DNA of 64,000 bases from Terriglobia bacterium (GCA_963742255.1 CAVUKW010000007.1:1680-65679), one strand, 5' to 3'. Shown: positions 50,247-62,683, counted from the stretch's first letter. Numbers and translations: made by a program. Notes: a model not told the origin generated them from the letters alone.

Positions 50247-50563
50247 CGGCCGACGTGAATCACCTGGCCGGGCTTAATCGCGTCGATGGCGAGAACCAGG
50301 TTCGGATAAAGCGGCCGGTAATGGGAGATCGAGTTCCTTGCGACGTGAACGATCACGATTCCGAATGAGAGCCGGCTCAATTTGTGTTCGAATTCGAATC
50401 CGCGATCGAGCGTGACGAACGCCTCGAATCGTCCATCTGAAAGCGTCAGCAGCGAGGAATCGGAAACCGAACGCCAGCCCAATTGCGTAACGGTCCAGAT
50501 ATCGTGACCTGGGAAAGCTTCCCTGAGCCTGGGATTAACGCACTCATCCAGCAAGATGCGCAT
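50243..50563 (-). CDS. DUF5615 (PIN-like/Mut7-C-like) putative toxin
   Basis: Intact 106 aa. [13 protein letters not shown]...FVTLDRGF. Confidence 0.7.
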
Positions 50564-50800
50564 CTAATGCGAGGCGCATTCGATGATGTTTTCCTTGGCA
50601 AGCTCCAGGAATAGGATCGCCTGTTCGCGGCTTACGGAACCGAAGTCGCCCAGGAAATTGTCGAGCGTGTCCCCGTCTTCGATGTAATCGAGCAACGTTT
50701 GGACCGGGACGCGGGTTCCCGTGAAGCATGGAGTCCCGTGCATGATTTCCGGATTCACCGAAACCGCGGAGGCGAGACTCGCTTTCTGTTCGACCGTCAC
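50564..50800 (-). CDS. DUF433 putative antitoxin
   Basis: Intact 78 aa. NPEIMHGTPCFTGTRVPVQTLLDYIEDGDTLDNFLGDF. Abuts the DUF5615 gene. Confidence 0.7.
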   Translation of the reverse strand: MTVEQKASLASAVSVNPEIMHGTPCFTGTRVPVQTLLDYIEDGDTLDNFLGDFGSVSREQAILFLELAKENIIECASH

Positions 50801-50883
50801 TCTTCCACGTTAGGTCATCCCCGAGGCGGTGCGCAAGGTTGCGATTGAGGTTGCTACAATCAGGGGTCGCTTCCAAAACGTAC

Positions 50884-51300
50884 ATGAATATTTCGGTTAA
50901 GGGCGAGTACGCCTTGCAGGCGATCTTCGACCTCGCCACGCAGCCTCCGGGCGACCCGGTGAAAATCGCCGACATCGCGCGCCGCCAGAAAATTCCGCAG
51001 AAATTTCTGGAGTTGATTCTGGCCAGCCTGAAGCAGGGCGGCTTCGTCGAATCGCGGCGCGGCGCCGAGGGCGGCTACCGGCTGGCCCGGCCCGCCGACC
51101 AGATCACCATGGGCGAGGTGCTGCGATTCGTGGAGGAGGCGAAGAAAGCCAAGCGCGACGTCGCCGGACGCCTTCTCGCGACCTGTGGAAGCGCGTGGAC
51201 GATGCGGTCGCCTGCGATTCTGGACCACACCACGTTCGCCGAACTGGCGCGGCGCTGGAAAGAATCGCAGAACCGCTACGTGCCGAACTGGGAGATTTAG
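50884..51300 (+). CDS. Rrf2-family transcriptional regulator (CymR/IscR-like), internal compensating frameshifts
   Basis: MNISVKGEYALQAIFDLA...VKIADIARRQKIPQKFLELILASLKQGGFVESRRGAEGGYRLARP. An alternative frame at about 51170..51210 reads DLWKRVDDAV. Confidence 0.75.
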   Translation: MNISVKGEYALQAIFDLATQPPGDPVKIADIARRQKIPQKFLELILASLKQGGFVESRRGAEGGYRLARPADQITMGEVLRFVEEAKKAKRDVAGRLLATCGSAWTMRSPAILDHTTFAELARRWKESQNRYVPNWEI

Positions 51301-52288
51301 ATGGTCTTCTCCGATAATTCCTTCAGCATCGGCCGCACGCCGCTGGTGCGGCTGAATCGCGTCACCGACGGCGCGCCGGTGCCACCGTGCTCGCCAAGAT
51401 CGAAGGACGCAATCCGGCGTATTCGGTGAAGTGCCGCATCGGCGCGTCCATGATCTGGGACGCGGAGCGGCGCGGCATTCTCAAACCCGGCAAGGAACTG
51501 ATCGAGCCCACCAGCGGCAACACCGGCATCGCGCTGGCCTTCGTCGCCGCGGCGCGCGGCTACAAGATCACGCTGCTGATGCCGGAGACGATGTCGCTGG
51601 AGCGGCGCAAGGTGCTGAAGGCGCTGGGCGCGAAGCTGATCCTGACCGATGGCGCGCTGGGCATGGGCGCGTCGATTGAGCGGGCCGAAGCAAATGGTCG
51701 CCTCCGATCCGGATCGCTACGTGCTGCTGCAGCAATTCCAGAATCCGGCCAATCCGGAGATCCATTTCAAGACCACGGGACCGGAAATCTGGGAGGACAC
51801 GCAGCGGAAAGGTCGATGCGCTGGTCGCGGGCATCGGAACCGGCGGGACCATCACCGGAATCTCGCGCTACTTCAAGCTGGAGAAGAAGCACACGCTCAT
51901 TTCCATCGGCGTCGAGCCGGAGGGCAGCCCGGTAATCACGCAGACGCTCGCCGGCGAGAAACTGCGTCCCGGGCCGCACGGGATTCAGGGCATCGGCGCG
52001 GGATTTATTCCGGGCACGCTCGATCTGACAGTGGTGGATCGCGTGGAACTGGCGGGCGACGACGAATCGATCGAGATGGCGCGGCGGCTGGCGCGCGAAG
52101 AAGGGATTCTGTCCGGCATCTCCTGCGGCGCGGCGGTGGCGGCGGCGGTGCGCATCGCGCACGAGCCGGAAATGAAGGGCAAGACGATCGTCGTGATTCT
52201 GCCCGATGCGGGCGAGCGTTATTTGAGCTCGGTGCTGTTCGACAATCGTAGCGGAGTGATCGGGGTGTGCCATAGGGACTTGTGCTAA
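51301..52288 (+). CDS. cysK: Cysteine synthase A (O-acetylserine sulfhydrylase), at least 3 frameshifts
   Basis: ATG at 51301 ([12 protein letters not shown]). Pieces 51387..51935 ([23 protein letters not shown]), 51649..52251 and 52031..52288 ([15 protein letters not shown]). Confidence 0.85.
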
Positions 52289-52479
52289 GGAGAAAGGAAA
52301 GCGGGCGCTTTCTATGGGTGAAAAGGGGTGAGAGCGCCCGCTGTCGTAACGGGGATTTAAGTTATCTGTACAAACGCGTGTTCGAGCTGACAGGGTTACG
52401 GTTTACGAAAAAATTTTCTACGATTTTTACAGAACGATTCTCGCGCTACAGGAAATCCGCGCGTTAGACTGAAATGATA

Positions 52480-55400
52480 TGCCGATCGGCGCAACGCAGA
52501 GTCGTAAAATCGCACTCGAACGGGCGCCTGATCGGTACCGCGCAGACGATTTCGTCTCGAACATCTCCGAGACGCTATATCGATCGCACCTACCCATTCG
52601 GCAGGGGAAGAATTGGTGCATACGGATGCCGGCGGCGCCGCGGGTCTCCATCGCTTGACGCTGGTCCAGCTCGCGCTCGACCTGGCGCGGCCGCGATGGC
52701 GGACGCTGGGACTGGCGCCGCTGAGTCCGCTGGGCCTCGAAGCGCTGTGCGGCTCGGGTTGCGCACGACGCTCGCGCCGCGGGCGAGCTGACTTACTTCG
52801 AACCGGTGGCTTCGCTTCCGGGATTCGCGCGAGCGCTGGCCAGAACGCTTATCGGAACTGCGGCTGAGCGGAGCGGCGGCGGAGGACATCGCGACTACGG
52901 GCGCACCCGGCGCGGATCTGGGTCGGCTCCTGACGCGCTACGAAGCCGAGCTAGAAACGCAATCATTGGCGGATCTGGCGAGGGTGTTGGCGCTGGCGGC
53001 GGAGGCTGCGGCGGCGGATCATCGCTGGACGGCACTGCCGGTGCTGCTGCTGGATGCTCCGCTCGAAACGGCGGCGCATCGGGAATTGTTCCGGCGTGTG
53101 AGCGAACGCGCGCCATCGGCGCTGGCGGCGGTGACTTCGGGGAGCGGGAACTGGAACGAATCTGGGGCGTCGAGTGCGAGGATCTGGATTCCGGAGAGTG
53201 CCCGACGTCGCTCGAACATTTGCGCGCGTATTTATTCGCGGGTGCGACCGTCGCGGCGGTCGAGGACGGCGCGCTCGAAATCTTCTCGGCGCCCGGCGAG
53301 GGTCTGGAAGCGGTGGAGATCGCCCGACGGATTCTGAAGCTCGCGCGCGAGGGCATCGCGTTCGATCAGATCGCGATCCTGCTGCGCAATCCGGAGCGAT
53401 ATCAGCCGATGATCGAAGACGCTCTGCGGCGGGCGCAGATTCCGGTGTACTTCAGCCGCGGAACCACGCGTCCCGATCCGGGCGGGCGGGCGTTTCTGGC
53501 GCTGCTCGCCTGCGCCGCGGAAAAATGCTCGGCGTCACGCTTCGCGGAATATCTCTCGCTCGGCCAGCTTCCGGCGGAGGGGGCTTCGGACGGCGATGCG
53601 GCGTGGGTCGGCGCCGGAAGACGAAATGTTGCCCGAATCGGACAGCGGGATTGCGGAACCTTCGGAAACGGATGAGGCTCGGGTCGCGCGGGCGCCGGCG
53701 AGCTGGGAGAAACTGCTGGTGGACGCGGCGGTGATCGGCGGGCGCGACCGCTGGCGGCGCCGTTTGCGCGGTCTCGAACACGAATTCGAGCTGCGGCTGA
53801 AGACGCTGGAGCGCGAGGACGATCCGCGGCGCGATGCGCTGCGCCGCCAACTGGACCAGCTTCGCGAACTGGAACGCTTCGCGCTGCCGCTGATCGACGA
53901 TGCTGTGATGCGCTGCCCCATTCCGCGCACTGGAAAGACTGGATCGAGCACCTGTCGAAGCTCGCGCGGCGCGGCGCTGCGGCATCCGGACGGAGTGCTG
54001 CAGTGTTCTGGCGGAATTCGAGCCGATGGGCGAGGTCGGTCCGGCGACGCTCGAAGAAGTCGCCGAAGTGCTGAGCGATCGGCTTCGCTTTCTGCGCCGC
54101 GAGCCGCCCAGACGACGCTACGGACGCGTGTTCGTCGGGTCCATCGAAGAATCGCGCGGGCGCGAATTCTCGGTAGTGTTCCTGCCCGGCCTGGCCGAGG
54201 GATTGTTTCCGCAGCGCACGTTCGAAGATCCGCTGTTGCTCGACGAATTCCGGCGCGAGTTGGAAGCGCCGCTGGACCTGCGCGAAGATCGCGTGAAGCG
54301 GGAGCGCTTGCGGCTGGCGCTGGCGGTGGCGGCGGCGAAGGAACGGCTGATCGCGTCGTATCCGCGGATGGACGTGGCGGAGGCTCGCCCGCGGGTGCCG
54401 TCATTTTACGCGCTGGAACTGCCGCGCGCCATCGAAGGACGCCTGCCGGAAGTGAAGGAGTTCGAGAAACACGCGCGGGAGGCGGCTCCGGCGCGACTGA
54501 ACTGGCCCGCGCCGGGTGAAGCGGCGGACGCGATCGACGATACCGAATACGACCTGGCGATGCTGGCCGGAGCCATCGAGAAATCGAATGGCGCGCGATA
54601 CCTGGTGGAGGCGAATCCGCATCTGGCCCGATCGCTGCGCGCGCGCTGGAGGCGATGGGCGGTCGACGTGGCGGGAAGCCGGACGGGCTGATCACTGCCG
54701 ATCCACGGACGCTGGCCGCGCTCGCCGAGCACCGGCTGACCGCGCGGCCATGGTCGCCGTCGTCGCTGCAGCAATTCGCGGTTTGCCCGTACCGGTTCGC
54801 GCTGCACGGAATTTATGCGCTGCGCCCGCGCGAGGAATCGTCGCCCATTGAACAGTTGGACCCGCTGACGCGCGGAGCACTGTTTCACGCGGTGCAGTTC
54901 GCGCTGCTGGGCGATTTGAAACATCGCGATCTGCTGCCGGTGAACGCGGAGAATCTGGACGAAGTTCTGGAGCGCGCGGACGAGGTACTGGAAACGATGG
55001 CGGCGAGATATCAAGGAAGATCTGGCGCCGGCGATCGAGCGGGTGTGGAACACCGAGATCGAGGATCTGCGCACCGATCTGCGCGGCTGGCTGCAACACG
55101 TCGCGACGAATGACGACGACTGGAAGCCGATACATTTCGAATTTGCGTTCGGCCTGCAGGCTCGGCGAAGGGCGCGATCCCGCGAGCACGGCGGAGGTGG
55201 CGGATCTGAGCGAAACGGCGTGCACCTGCGCGGGTCGATCGATCTGGTGGAGCAGCACATCGCGAGCGGCGTGTTGCGGGTCACCGATCACAAAACCGGC
55301 AAGCCTGCCGGAGATGGTGCCGGCCTTCGTCGGCGGCGGGAAATTCCTGCAGCCGCTGCTGTACGCGCTGGCCGCGGAAAAGCTGCTGGGCGCGACGGTC

Positions 55401-55677
55401 GAATCCGGCCGACTGTTTTACGCGACGCAGCGGGGCGGGTATCAGCACATGGAAATTCCGGCGAACGATCGCGCGCGGAAATTTCTGGCGAAGCTGCTGG
55501 CCAATATCGACGCGTCCATCGCCGAAGGATTTCTGCCGCCGATGCCGCAGAAAGACGCGTGCAAGCACGTGCGATTATCGCGCGGTGTGCGGACCTTACG
55601 AAGAACATCGGCTGCTTAAGAAAGACCGCAACGATGAGCGGCTGGACGGGCTGATCGAGATCCGAGGGATGGCGTGA
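52480..55677 (+). CDS. AddB-like subunit: inactivated-helicase scaffold + C-terminal PD-(D/E)XK nuclease with Cys cluster; many frameshifts
   Basis: Pieces 52613..52867, 52806..53675 ([18 protein letters not shown]), 53596..54519, 54026..54691 ([22 protein letters not shown]), 54655..55113 ([15 protein letters not shown]) and 55043..55654. Tail frame [12 protein letters not shown] ends at TGA 55675..55677. The start is approximate. Confidence 0.7.
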
Positions 55678-58600
55678 ATCCGGCACCGCATTCGGATTCC
55701 GATTCACGGGAGCGCATCCGCACATCGCTCGACGAGAGCCTGATCGTCGAAGCGTCGGCGGGAACGGGCAAGACGACGGAGCTGGTGAATCGCATCGTGG
55801 CGGTGCTTGGAGCGCGGCGCGGAGATCCACGAGAATCGTCGCGGTGACGTTCACGCATAAGGCTGCGGGCGAATTGAAGCTGCGGCTGCGCGAAGAACTG
55901 GACAAGGCTCGCGGGGCGTTCGCCCGCGATCGAAGAGCGCGCTGCAACATCTGGAAGAAGCGTCGATCGGGACCATTCATTCGTTCTGCGCGCAGATCCT
56001 GCGGGAGCGTCCGGTGGAGGCGCGCGTCGATCCGTCGTTCGAGGAATTGAACGAACAGGAAAGCGAACGGCTGTACCAACAGGCGTTTCGGGCGTGGCTG
56101 GAAAAGCGGCTGGAGAAGGAATCGCCGGGGTTGAAGCGGGCGTTCGCACGACTCGCCTGGCGCGATTCGTGGGACGATTCGCCGCCGCTCGAGCAACTGC
56201 AATGGGCGGGGCGCAAGCTGATCGAGTGGCGCGACTACACCACGCCGTGGCGGCGCGAGCCGTTCGCTCGCGACGAAGAGATCGACACGATCGTCACGGC
56301 AGGTGCGCGACCTGGCCGATGTATGCGTCGCGGCCGCGCCGGGTGACCGACAATTTGTATCAAGGGGCTGGCACCGGCGCGCGCGCTGACCGGATGGATC
56401 GACGCACGCCGAGAGCAGCGGCCGCGCGCGATTACGATGCGCTGGAAAGCCTGATCCTGAAGCTGGGGCGCGATCTGCGGCGGGATCTGAAGAAAGGGTC
56501 GGGCGCAATACGGCGAGCGTCGCGCGCGAGGAATTGGTCGCCAGGCGCGACGAACTGTTGCGCTGGATCGAGGAGTTCCGCCGCCGCGCCGACGCCGATC
56601 TCGCGGCGGTTCTGCGCGAGGAAATGCGCGGGCTGGTGGACGAATACGAACGAGCGCAAGCGGCGGGCCGGAAAGCTCGATTTCGTGGATCTGCTGATTG
56701 CGGTCCGCGACCTGGTGCGCGACCAGCAGGACGTCCGCGGGTACCTGCAGCAGCGCTTCACGCATCTGTTCGTCGACGAATTTCAGGATACCGATCCGTT
56801 GCAGGCCGAGATTCTGCTGCTGCTGGCGGCGGACGATCCGGACGAGTCGGATTGGCGAACGGTGCGGCCGAAGCCGGGGAAGTTGTTCCTGGTGGGCGAT
56901 CCGAAGCAGTCCATTTACAAGTTCCGCCGCGCGGACATGGTGCTGTACCGGCAGATCCGCGAACGGCTGACGCGACCGCGGCGTCGGGATTCGTGACGCT
57001 GACGCAAGAGCTTCCGCGCGGTTCGAAACATCCAACAATTCGTCAACGCCGCGTTTGAAACAGAAATGACCGGCGATGCGGAATCGGGGCAGGCGGATTG
57101 GGCGCCGCTCGAAGAGGATCGCCCGGAGTCGCGGGACGGCCCAGCGTGATCGTGCTGCCGGTGCCGCGTCCTTACAAGTCGCGGCATCGCGAAGGAGGCG
57201 ATCAATCGCATGCCTGCCGGACGCGATCGCGGCATTCATCGCCTGGCTGGTCGACGAGAAGCGGCTGGGGATTTCGGCGCCCGCGACATTGCGGTGCTGT
57301 TCCGCCGCCGGACGCAGGCGGGGTCGATCTGACGCGCGAATATGCGCGGGCACTGGAGGCTCGCGGGGTGCCGCATCTGCTGGCCGGATCGAAATCGTTT
57401 CATCGCCGCGAGGAAGTGGAGACGCTGCGCGCCGCGCTGACGGCGATCGAATGGCCGGACGATGAGCTGAGCGTGTTCGCGACGCTGAAGGGCTCGCTGT
57501 TCGCGATCCGCGACGAAGTTCTGCTGCGCTACCGGCACCAGCATTCGGCGGCTGCATCCGTTCCATTTGCCGCGAGAGCCGCGGATAGCGCGTTCGCTCC
57601 GGTGATCGAAGCGCTGACGCTCCTGGCCGATCTGCATCGCGCGCGCAACCGGCAGCCGTTCGCGGCCACCGTGAACGCGCTGATCGAAGCGACGCGCGCG
57701 CACGCCGGATTCGTGCTGCGTCCGGGCGGCAATCAGATTCTGGCCAACGTGGCACGCGTGGCCGACCTCGCGCGAACCTTCGAAATGTCCGGCGGCATTT
57801 CGTTCCGCGGCTTCGTCGAGGAACTGGCCGCGCAGGCGGAAAAGGAAGAAGCCGCCGAAGCGCCGGTGCTCGAAGAAGATTCCGACGGCGTGCGCCTGAT
57901 GACGGTGCACGGCGCGAAAGGGCTCGAATTTCCGGTGGTGATCCTGGCCGACCTGACGGCGAACCTCGCCGCGCGCGAGCCGGATCAGTTCGTCGACGGC
58001 GGCCGGCGGCTGAGCGCCACTCGTCTGTTGCGCTGCGCGCCGCGCGAATTGGTCGGATCATGAGCCGCAGGAAAGCGCGCGCGAGCGGGCCGAAGGCGTG
58101 CGCGTGGCCTACGTGGCGGCGACCCGGGCTCGCGATCTGCTGGTGGTTCCGGCGATCGGCGACGAAGCGTTCGAAGGATGGCTCAGTCCGTTGAATAAGG
58201 CGATCTATCCGTCACACGGCAGAACTGGCGGCGGTCGACAAAGGCGGAAGGATGTCCGGAATTCGGACAGGCGACGGTGCTCGATCGTCCGCTCGATTAC
58301 GCCGCGAAGAGGAATTTTCGGTGAAGCCGGGGCTGATCGAGCCGCAGTGCGGGGAGCATGAAGTGGTCTGGTGGGATCCGTCGAAACTCGAACTGAATGT
58401 CGACGGCGGATATGGGATGCGGCAGAAAGAAATCCTGGCCGAAGACGGCGGCGCGAGCTTGGCGGCGTATCACGAGTGGCAATTGCGGCGGGCGGAGGCG
58501 ATTGATGCAGGCGCGCGTCCGCAGTTCGATATTTTCATCGCGAGCGAGGCGGCGGATGCGCCTCCGGTGGCGGCGGAGGTTCGGACGGAATTTGTTTCGC

Positions 58601-59045
58601 GGGCGGAATCGCGTCCGGGAGGGAGGCGCTTCGGAACGCTGGTGCACGCGATTTTGCGCGATGCGTCGCTCCATGCGAACGGGCCAGAAATCGAACGGCT
58701 GGCGGCGCTGCATGCGCGGGCGATCGGCGCGACGGCGGAGGAACGCGCGGCCGCGGCGATGGCGGTAGAGGCGGCGCTGAAGCATCCGGTGATCGAGCGG
58801 GCCAGAAAATCCGCGCGGCTGCATCGCGAATATCCGGTGACGTTGACGCTTGATGGCGGAAGGTTGCTGGACGGAATGATCGACCTCGCGTTTCTCGAAA
58901 AAGACGAATGGACGGTGGTCGATTTCAAAACGGACGCGGATGTGAGCGAACGACGGACGCACTACGAGCGTCAGCTTCAGTGGTATGCGTTCGCATTATC
59001 GAAATTGACGGGCTTAAAGCCCGTTCGGTGCTGTTTTCGGTCTGA
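55674..59045 (+). CDS. AddA/UvrD-like helicase with C-terminal PD-(D/E)XK nuclease; many frameshifts
   Basis: GTG at 55674 overlaps the upstream stop. [14 protein letters not shown] (Walker A). Pieces 55844..56050, 56014..56346, 56094..56996 ([12 protein letters not shown]; [15 protein letters not shown]), 57098..58063 ([14 protein letters not shown]), 58098..58361 ([10 protein letters not shown]) and 58252..59283 (MIDLAF...VVDFKTD). Confidence 0.75.
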
Positions 59046-59314
59046 CCGGCTTTCTTTTTCAAAAAATCGGAGGCGCCTCCACCGCTGTATCGCGCGCGGC
59101 ACTCGTCATCGTTTCACGGCGCAACGAAGTTTCCTAGGACTGCCGCGGCGCTCTGTGGATTGGACGCCGATGATCGCGCCAACCTCTTGGCCCAAGGATA
59201 GGGGCTGGGTATTCCAGCTTGGGTCCGTTGTAAACGCCAAGCGATTGAGTGGAGACGGAATATTTCCGCGATTTGCCGGGTAACCGGGGGCGACAGCGCG
59301 TAGAATTAAGGTGA

Positions 59315-60499
59315 ATGTCCAACGCACTCGCGTATTTATCCGAACAATTGGAAGGCTGGCGCAAAGCCGGAACCTATCAGCGTCTTCGCGAGCTGGAATC
59401 GCCATGCGAGCCGGTCTCGAAGGTCGATGGCAAAGAGGTGATCAACCTCGCTTCGAATAATTACCTGGGCCTGGCGAATCATCCGAAGCTGGTGGAAGCG
59501 GAGATCGAGGCGGCCAGGATGTACGGGGCGGGATCGGGCGCGGTGCGGACGATTTCGGGCACGATGCATCTGCATCTGGAACTGGAACGGCGCATCGCCG
59601 CGTTCAAGAACGTGGAGGCGTGCGTGGTGTTTCAGTCCGGGTTCGCCGCAAACGCGGGAACGGTTTCGGCGATCCTCGGTCCGGAGGATCACATTATTTC
59701 GGACGAGCTGAATCACGCGAGCATCATCGACGGATGCCGCCTGTCCAAGGCCAAGATTCACGTGTTCCGGCATCGCGACGCGGCGCACGCGGAGGAGAGG
59801 CTCCAGGCTTTGCGCGACACGGCAGGCCACAAATTGATGATTACCGATGGCGTTTTTTCAATGGACGGCGATATCGGGGCCCTGCCGCAACTGACCGCGC
59901 TGGCCGACCGCCACGGGGCGATCATGATGGTGGACGACGCCCACGCGTCTGGCGTGCTGGGCCGAAACGGGCGCGGAACGGTGGATCATTTCAACCTGCA
60001 CGGGAAAGTGGATATTCAGGTCGGCACGCTATCGAAAGCGATCGGCGTGCTGGGCGGATATGTGTGCGGAAGCCGAGATCTGATCGAGTATCTGTATCAT
60101 CGCGCGCGGCCGTTCCTATTTTCGACGTCGCATCCGCCGGCGGTGGCGGCGGCTTGTCTGGCAGCGTTCGACATTCTGGAGCAGGAGCCGGAGCGTATCG
60201 AACAACTTTGGGCGAATACCCGGATGTTTAAGTCCGGGTTGCACGCGAGCGGCCTTTCGACCGGCGGCAGCGAGACTCCCATCACGCCGATCATGGTGGG
60301 AGATGCAGCCACCGCACACGCGTTTTCCCGCGCGCTGTTTGACGAAGGAGTATTTGCGACCGGCATCGGCTATCCCACGGTCGCCGAAGGGAAAGCGCGG
60401 ATCCGCGCCATTGTGACGTCGGCGCATACCAAGGAAACGCTGGAACGCGCGGTCGAGATCATTACGCGGGTCGCCAAGCGGATGAAGATTCTAAGGTAA
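59315..60499 (+). CDS. kbl: Glycine C-acetyltransferase (2-amino-3-ketobutyrate CoA ligase)
   Basis: Intact 394 aa. NNYLGLANHP, DELNHASIIDG, DDAHASG, GTLSKA (PLP lysine). Confidence 0.85.
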   Translation: MSNALAYLSEQLEGWRKAGTYQRLRELESPCEPVSKVDGKEVINLASNNYLGLANHPKLVEAEIEAARMYGAGSGAVRTISGTMHLHLELERRIAAFKNVEACVVFQSGFAANAGTVSAILGPEDHIISDELNHASIIDGCRLSKAKIHVFRHRDAAHAEERLQALRDTAGHKLMITDGVFSMDGDIGALPQLTALADRHGAIMMVDDAHASGVLGRNGRGTVDHFNLHGKVDIQVGTLSKAIGVLGGYVCGSRDLIEYLYHRARPFLFSTSHPPAVAAACLAAFDILEQEPERIEQLWANTRMFKSGLHASGLSTGGSETPITPIMVGDAATAHAFSRALFDEGVFATGIGYPTVAEGKARIRAIVTSAHTKETLERAVEIITRVAKRMKILR

Positions 60500-60551
60500 T
60501 CGTGAAAACGATTCCCGCACCGGAACATCTAATGAAGGGACGTTGAGATCC

Positions 60552-60836
60552 ATGAAAAGGAGGCGCGTACAATTCGTGTCTTTAGAAAGCCTCGAACCTA
60601 AAGAAAAAAAGCCGGTCTCCGAATCGGCCGGTCAAGCGGGGGACCTTCAGGGATTGTCGGGCGAAGAGGACGTCGATTCGGAAAGCGTCCAGGAATTGCT
60701 CGAGGAAGGCCAGTCGTTTGAAGCGGCCGTAATCCAGGGAGTCGAACAGGCGCCCGAACCCGATCAGGGCGAGGTCCGGACCAGGCAGGTACGGGTGGAC
60801 GACGTTCCGGAAGAGTACCTGGAACCGGATCAATAG
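60552..60836 (+). CDS. Small acidic hypothetical protein
   Basis: ORF 60543..60836 with an ATG at 60552. Very acidic C-terminal half (EEDVDSESVQELLEEGQSFE). No family recognised. Confidence 0.4.
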   Translation: MKRRRVQFVSLESLEPKEKKPVSESAGQAGDLQGLSGEEDVDSESVQELLEEGQSFEAAVIQGVEQAPEPDQGEVRTRQVRVDDVPEEYLEPDQ

Positions 60837-60844
60837 AGCTTCAC

Positions 60845-61276
60845 ATGACGATTCGATGCCCGGGGTGCCAGACCCTGAATCGGGTGCCATCGGAGAAGAT
60901 CGATCAGGGGCTGCGGCCGGTCTGCGGCAAGTGCCAGGCGCCGCTTGCGGTGCCGGACGTGTTGACGGTCACTGACGCAACCTTCACCGCCGAGGTAGAA
61001 CAGTCGTCGTTGCCCGTCCTGGTGGACCTGTGGGCGGAATGGTGCGGGCCGTGCAGAATGATCGCGCCGGCCCTGGAGCAGATCGCGCGCGACTGGAGCG
61101 GGCATCTGCGGGTGGCAAAACTCAACATCGACGAAAATCCGAAAACCGCGTCGCGCTTCCGCGTCCAGAGCATTCCTTTGCTGCTGATTTTCAAGAATGG
61201 CCGCGAAGTGGACCGCCTGGTCGGCGCATATCCCAAGGCTGAAATCGAGCGCCGTCTGAAGGCGATCGTCTCCTGA
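60845..61276 (+). CDS. trxC: Thioredoxin 2 type (N-terminal zinc finger + Trx fold)
   Basis: Intact 143 aa. CPGC...CGKC, then WAEWCGPCRM. Confidence 0.85.
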   Translation: MTIRCPGCQTLNRVPSEKIDQGLRPVCGKCQAPLAVPDVLTVTDATFTAEVEQSSLPVLVDLWAEWCGPCRMIAPALEQIARDWSGHLRVAKLNIDENPKTASRFRVQSIPLLLIFKNGREVDRLVGAYPKAEIERRLKAIVS

Positions 61277-61277
61277 T

Positions 61278-61550
61278 TCAGGAGAATTCGAGCATCAATT
61301 CGTCTTCGTAGCACCAGCCCCAATCTTCACCAGACTCCATCGACCTCATGATGGGATGCTTGGTGGCGTGAAAATGCTTGGTGGCGTGCTTATTCTTCGA
61401 TGAGTCGCAGCAGCCGACGTGACCGCAGGCCATGCACAGGCGCAGGTGGACCCAGGTATCGCCCATTTTCAGGCACTCCTCGCAGCCTCGCGAATGGGGG
61501 TGCACGTCCTTAATTTGGTCGAGATGGGTGCATTCAGCCATGGCAGTCAC
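61278..61550 (-). CDS. UBP-type zinc-finger protein
   Basis: Intact 90 aa. [44 protein letters not shown]. Confidence 0.8.
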   Translation of the reverse strand: MTAMAECTHLDQIKDVHPHSRGCEECLKMGDTWVHLRLCMACGHVGCCDSSKNKHATKHFHATKHPIMRSMESGEDWGWCYEDELMLEFS

Positions 61551-61685
61551 CTTTCTACCATAAGGGTCAAGAAGAATTCAGCGGCGGGAGCAAGGCACAG
61601 CATCGGAAGAGTTTATGAAACTTCTTTCATATCAGTAGCATCACATGTGTCAGCTAGCAATCGAACTGTTATACTTAAGGTTCCC

Positions 61686-62683
61686 ATGACCACTCCTGCG
61701 CTAAGCCAGAAAGCAGTCTCGGGTAAGAAGATCATCCTATTGACTCCGCGCGGATTTTGCGCCGGCGTGGTGCGCGCCATCGATGTGGTGAAGATCGCGC
61801 TGGACCTCTATGGCGCGCCGATTTACGTGCGCAAGGAAATTGTCCACAACCGCCACGTTGTGGACGAATTGCGGGGCGCGGGCGCGATTTTCGTCGAAGA
61901 ACTGGACGAGGTGCCGTCGGGCGCGCGGGTCATTTTCAGCGCGCACGGCGTTTCGCCGGCGGTACGGACGCAGGCGAAGGAACGCAATCTGCAGGTGATC
62001 GACGCGACCTGCCCGCTGGTCACGAAGGTCCATCTGGAAGCGGTGAAATTCGCCAAGAAGGGCTACACCATCGTCCTGATCGGCCATAAGGATCACGACG
62101 AGGTGATCGGAACCCTGGGCGAGGCGCCGGAATCGACCGTTCTGGTTTCGAACGTAGAAGATGTCGATCGGCTGGAAGTTCAGCGACCCGGAACGCGTTT
62201 CCTTCATCACGCAGACCACGTTGAGCCTGGATGAGACCAAGGACATTGTGGATCGGCTGCAGCGAGCGTTTCCCGAAGATTCAAGGTCCGGCGGCGCAGG
62301 ACATTTGCTATGCCACCGAAAACCGGCAGCTGGCGGTGAAGGCGGTGGTGCCATTGTGCCAGTTGCTGCTGGTGGTGGGATCGCAGAACAGCTCGAATTC
62401 GCGCCGTCTGGTGGAAGTTTGCGAAAAGATGGGCGTGCCGGCGTATCTGATCGACGATCTGAGCGAAGTGCGACCGGAGTGGCTGGAGGACGTCGAAACC
62501 GTCGCGGTGACGGCCGGGGCATCGGCTCCGGAGAATCTGGTGCGAGGAATTGATCGGATCGCTGCGCGAGCCGCGGCTTCGATCGAACTGGAAGAAATGG
62601 AAATCAAGGAAGAAGACGTGCGCTTCAATCTGCCCGTCGGAATTGGCCGGACGGTGCAGTTGCAGACCATCGCGCGCGTATGA
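61686..62683 (+). CDS. ispH: 4-hydroxy-3-methylbut-2-enyl diphosphate reductase, 2 frameshifts
   Basis: ATG at 61686 in ORF 61419..62234 ([29 protein letters not shown]). A short piece in 62161..62553 (FITQTTLS), then 62231..62683 ([20 protein letters not shown]). Confidence 0.85.

Noticed and set aside
52290-52480. Low-GC gap after cysK with the inverted repeat AGCGGGCGCT...AGCGCCCGCT as an intrinsic terminator or sRNA
   Set aside because: The stem is plausible but has a ~25-nt loop and no following T-run, so it is not enough to call a feature.
59046-59314. Glycine or other riboswitch upstream of kbl
   Set aside because: No recognisable conserved cores (for example the GGAGAG...ACCGAAGG elements). 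Only a short palindrome, GGAGGCGCCTCC, is present.
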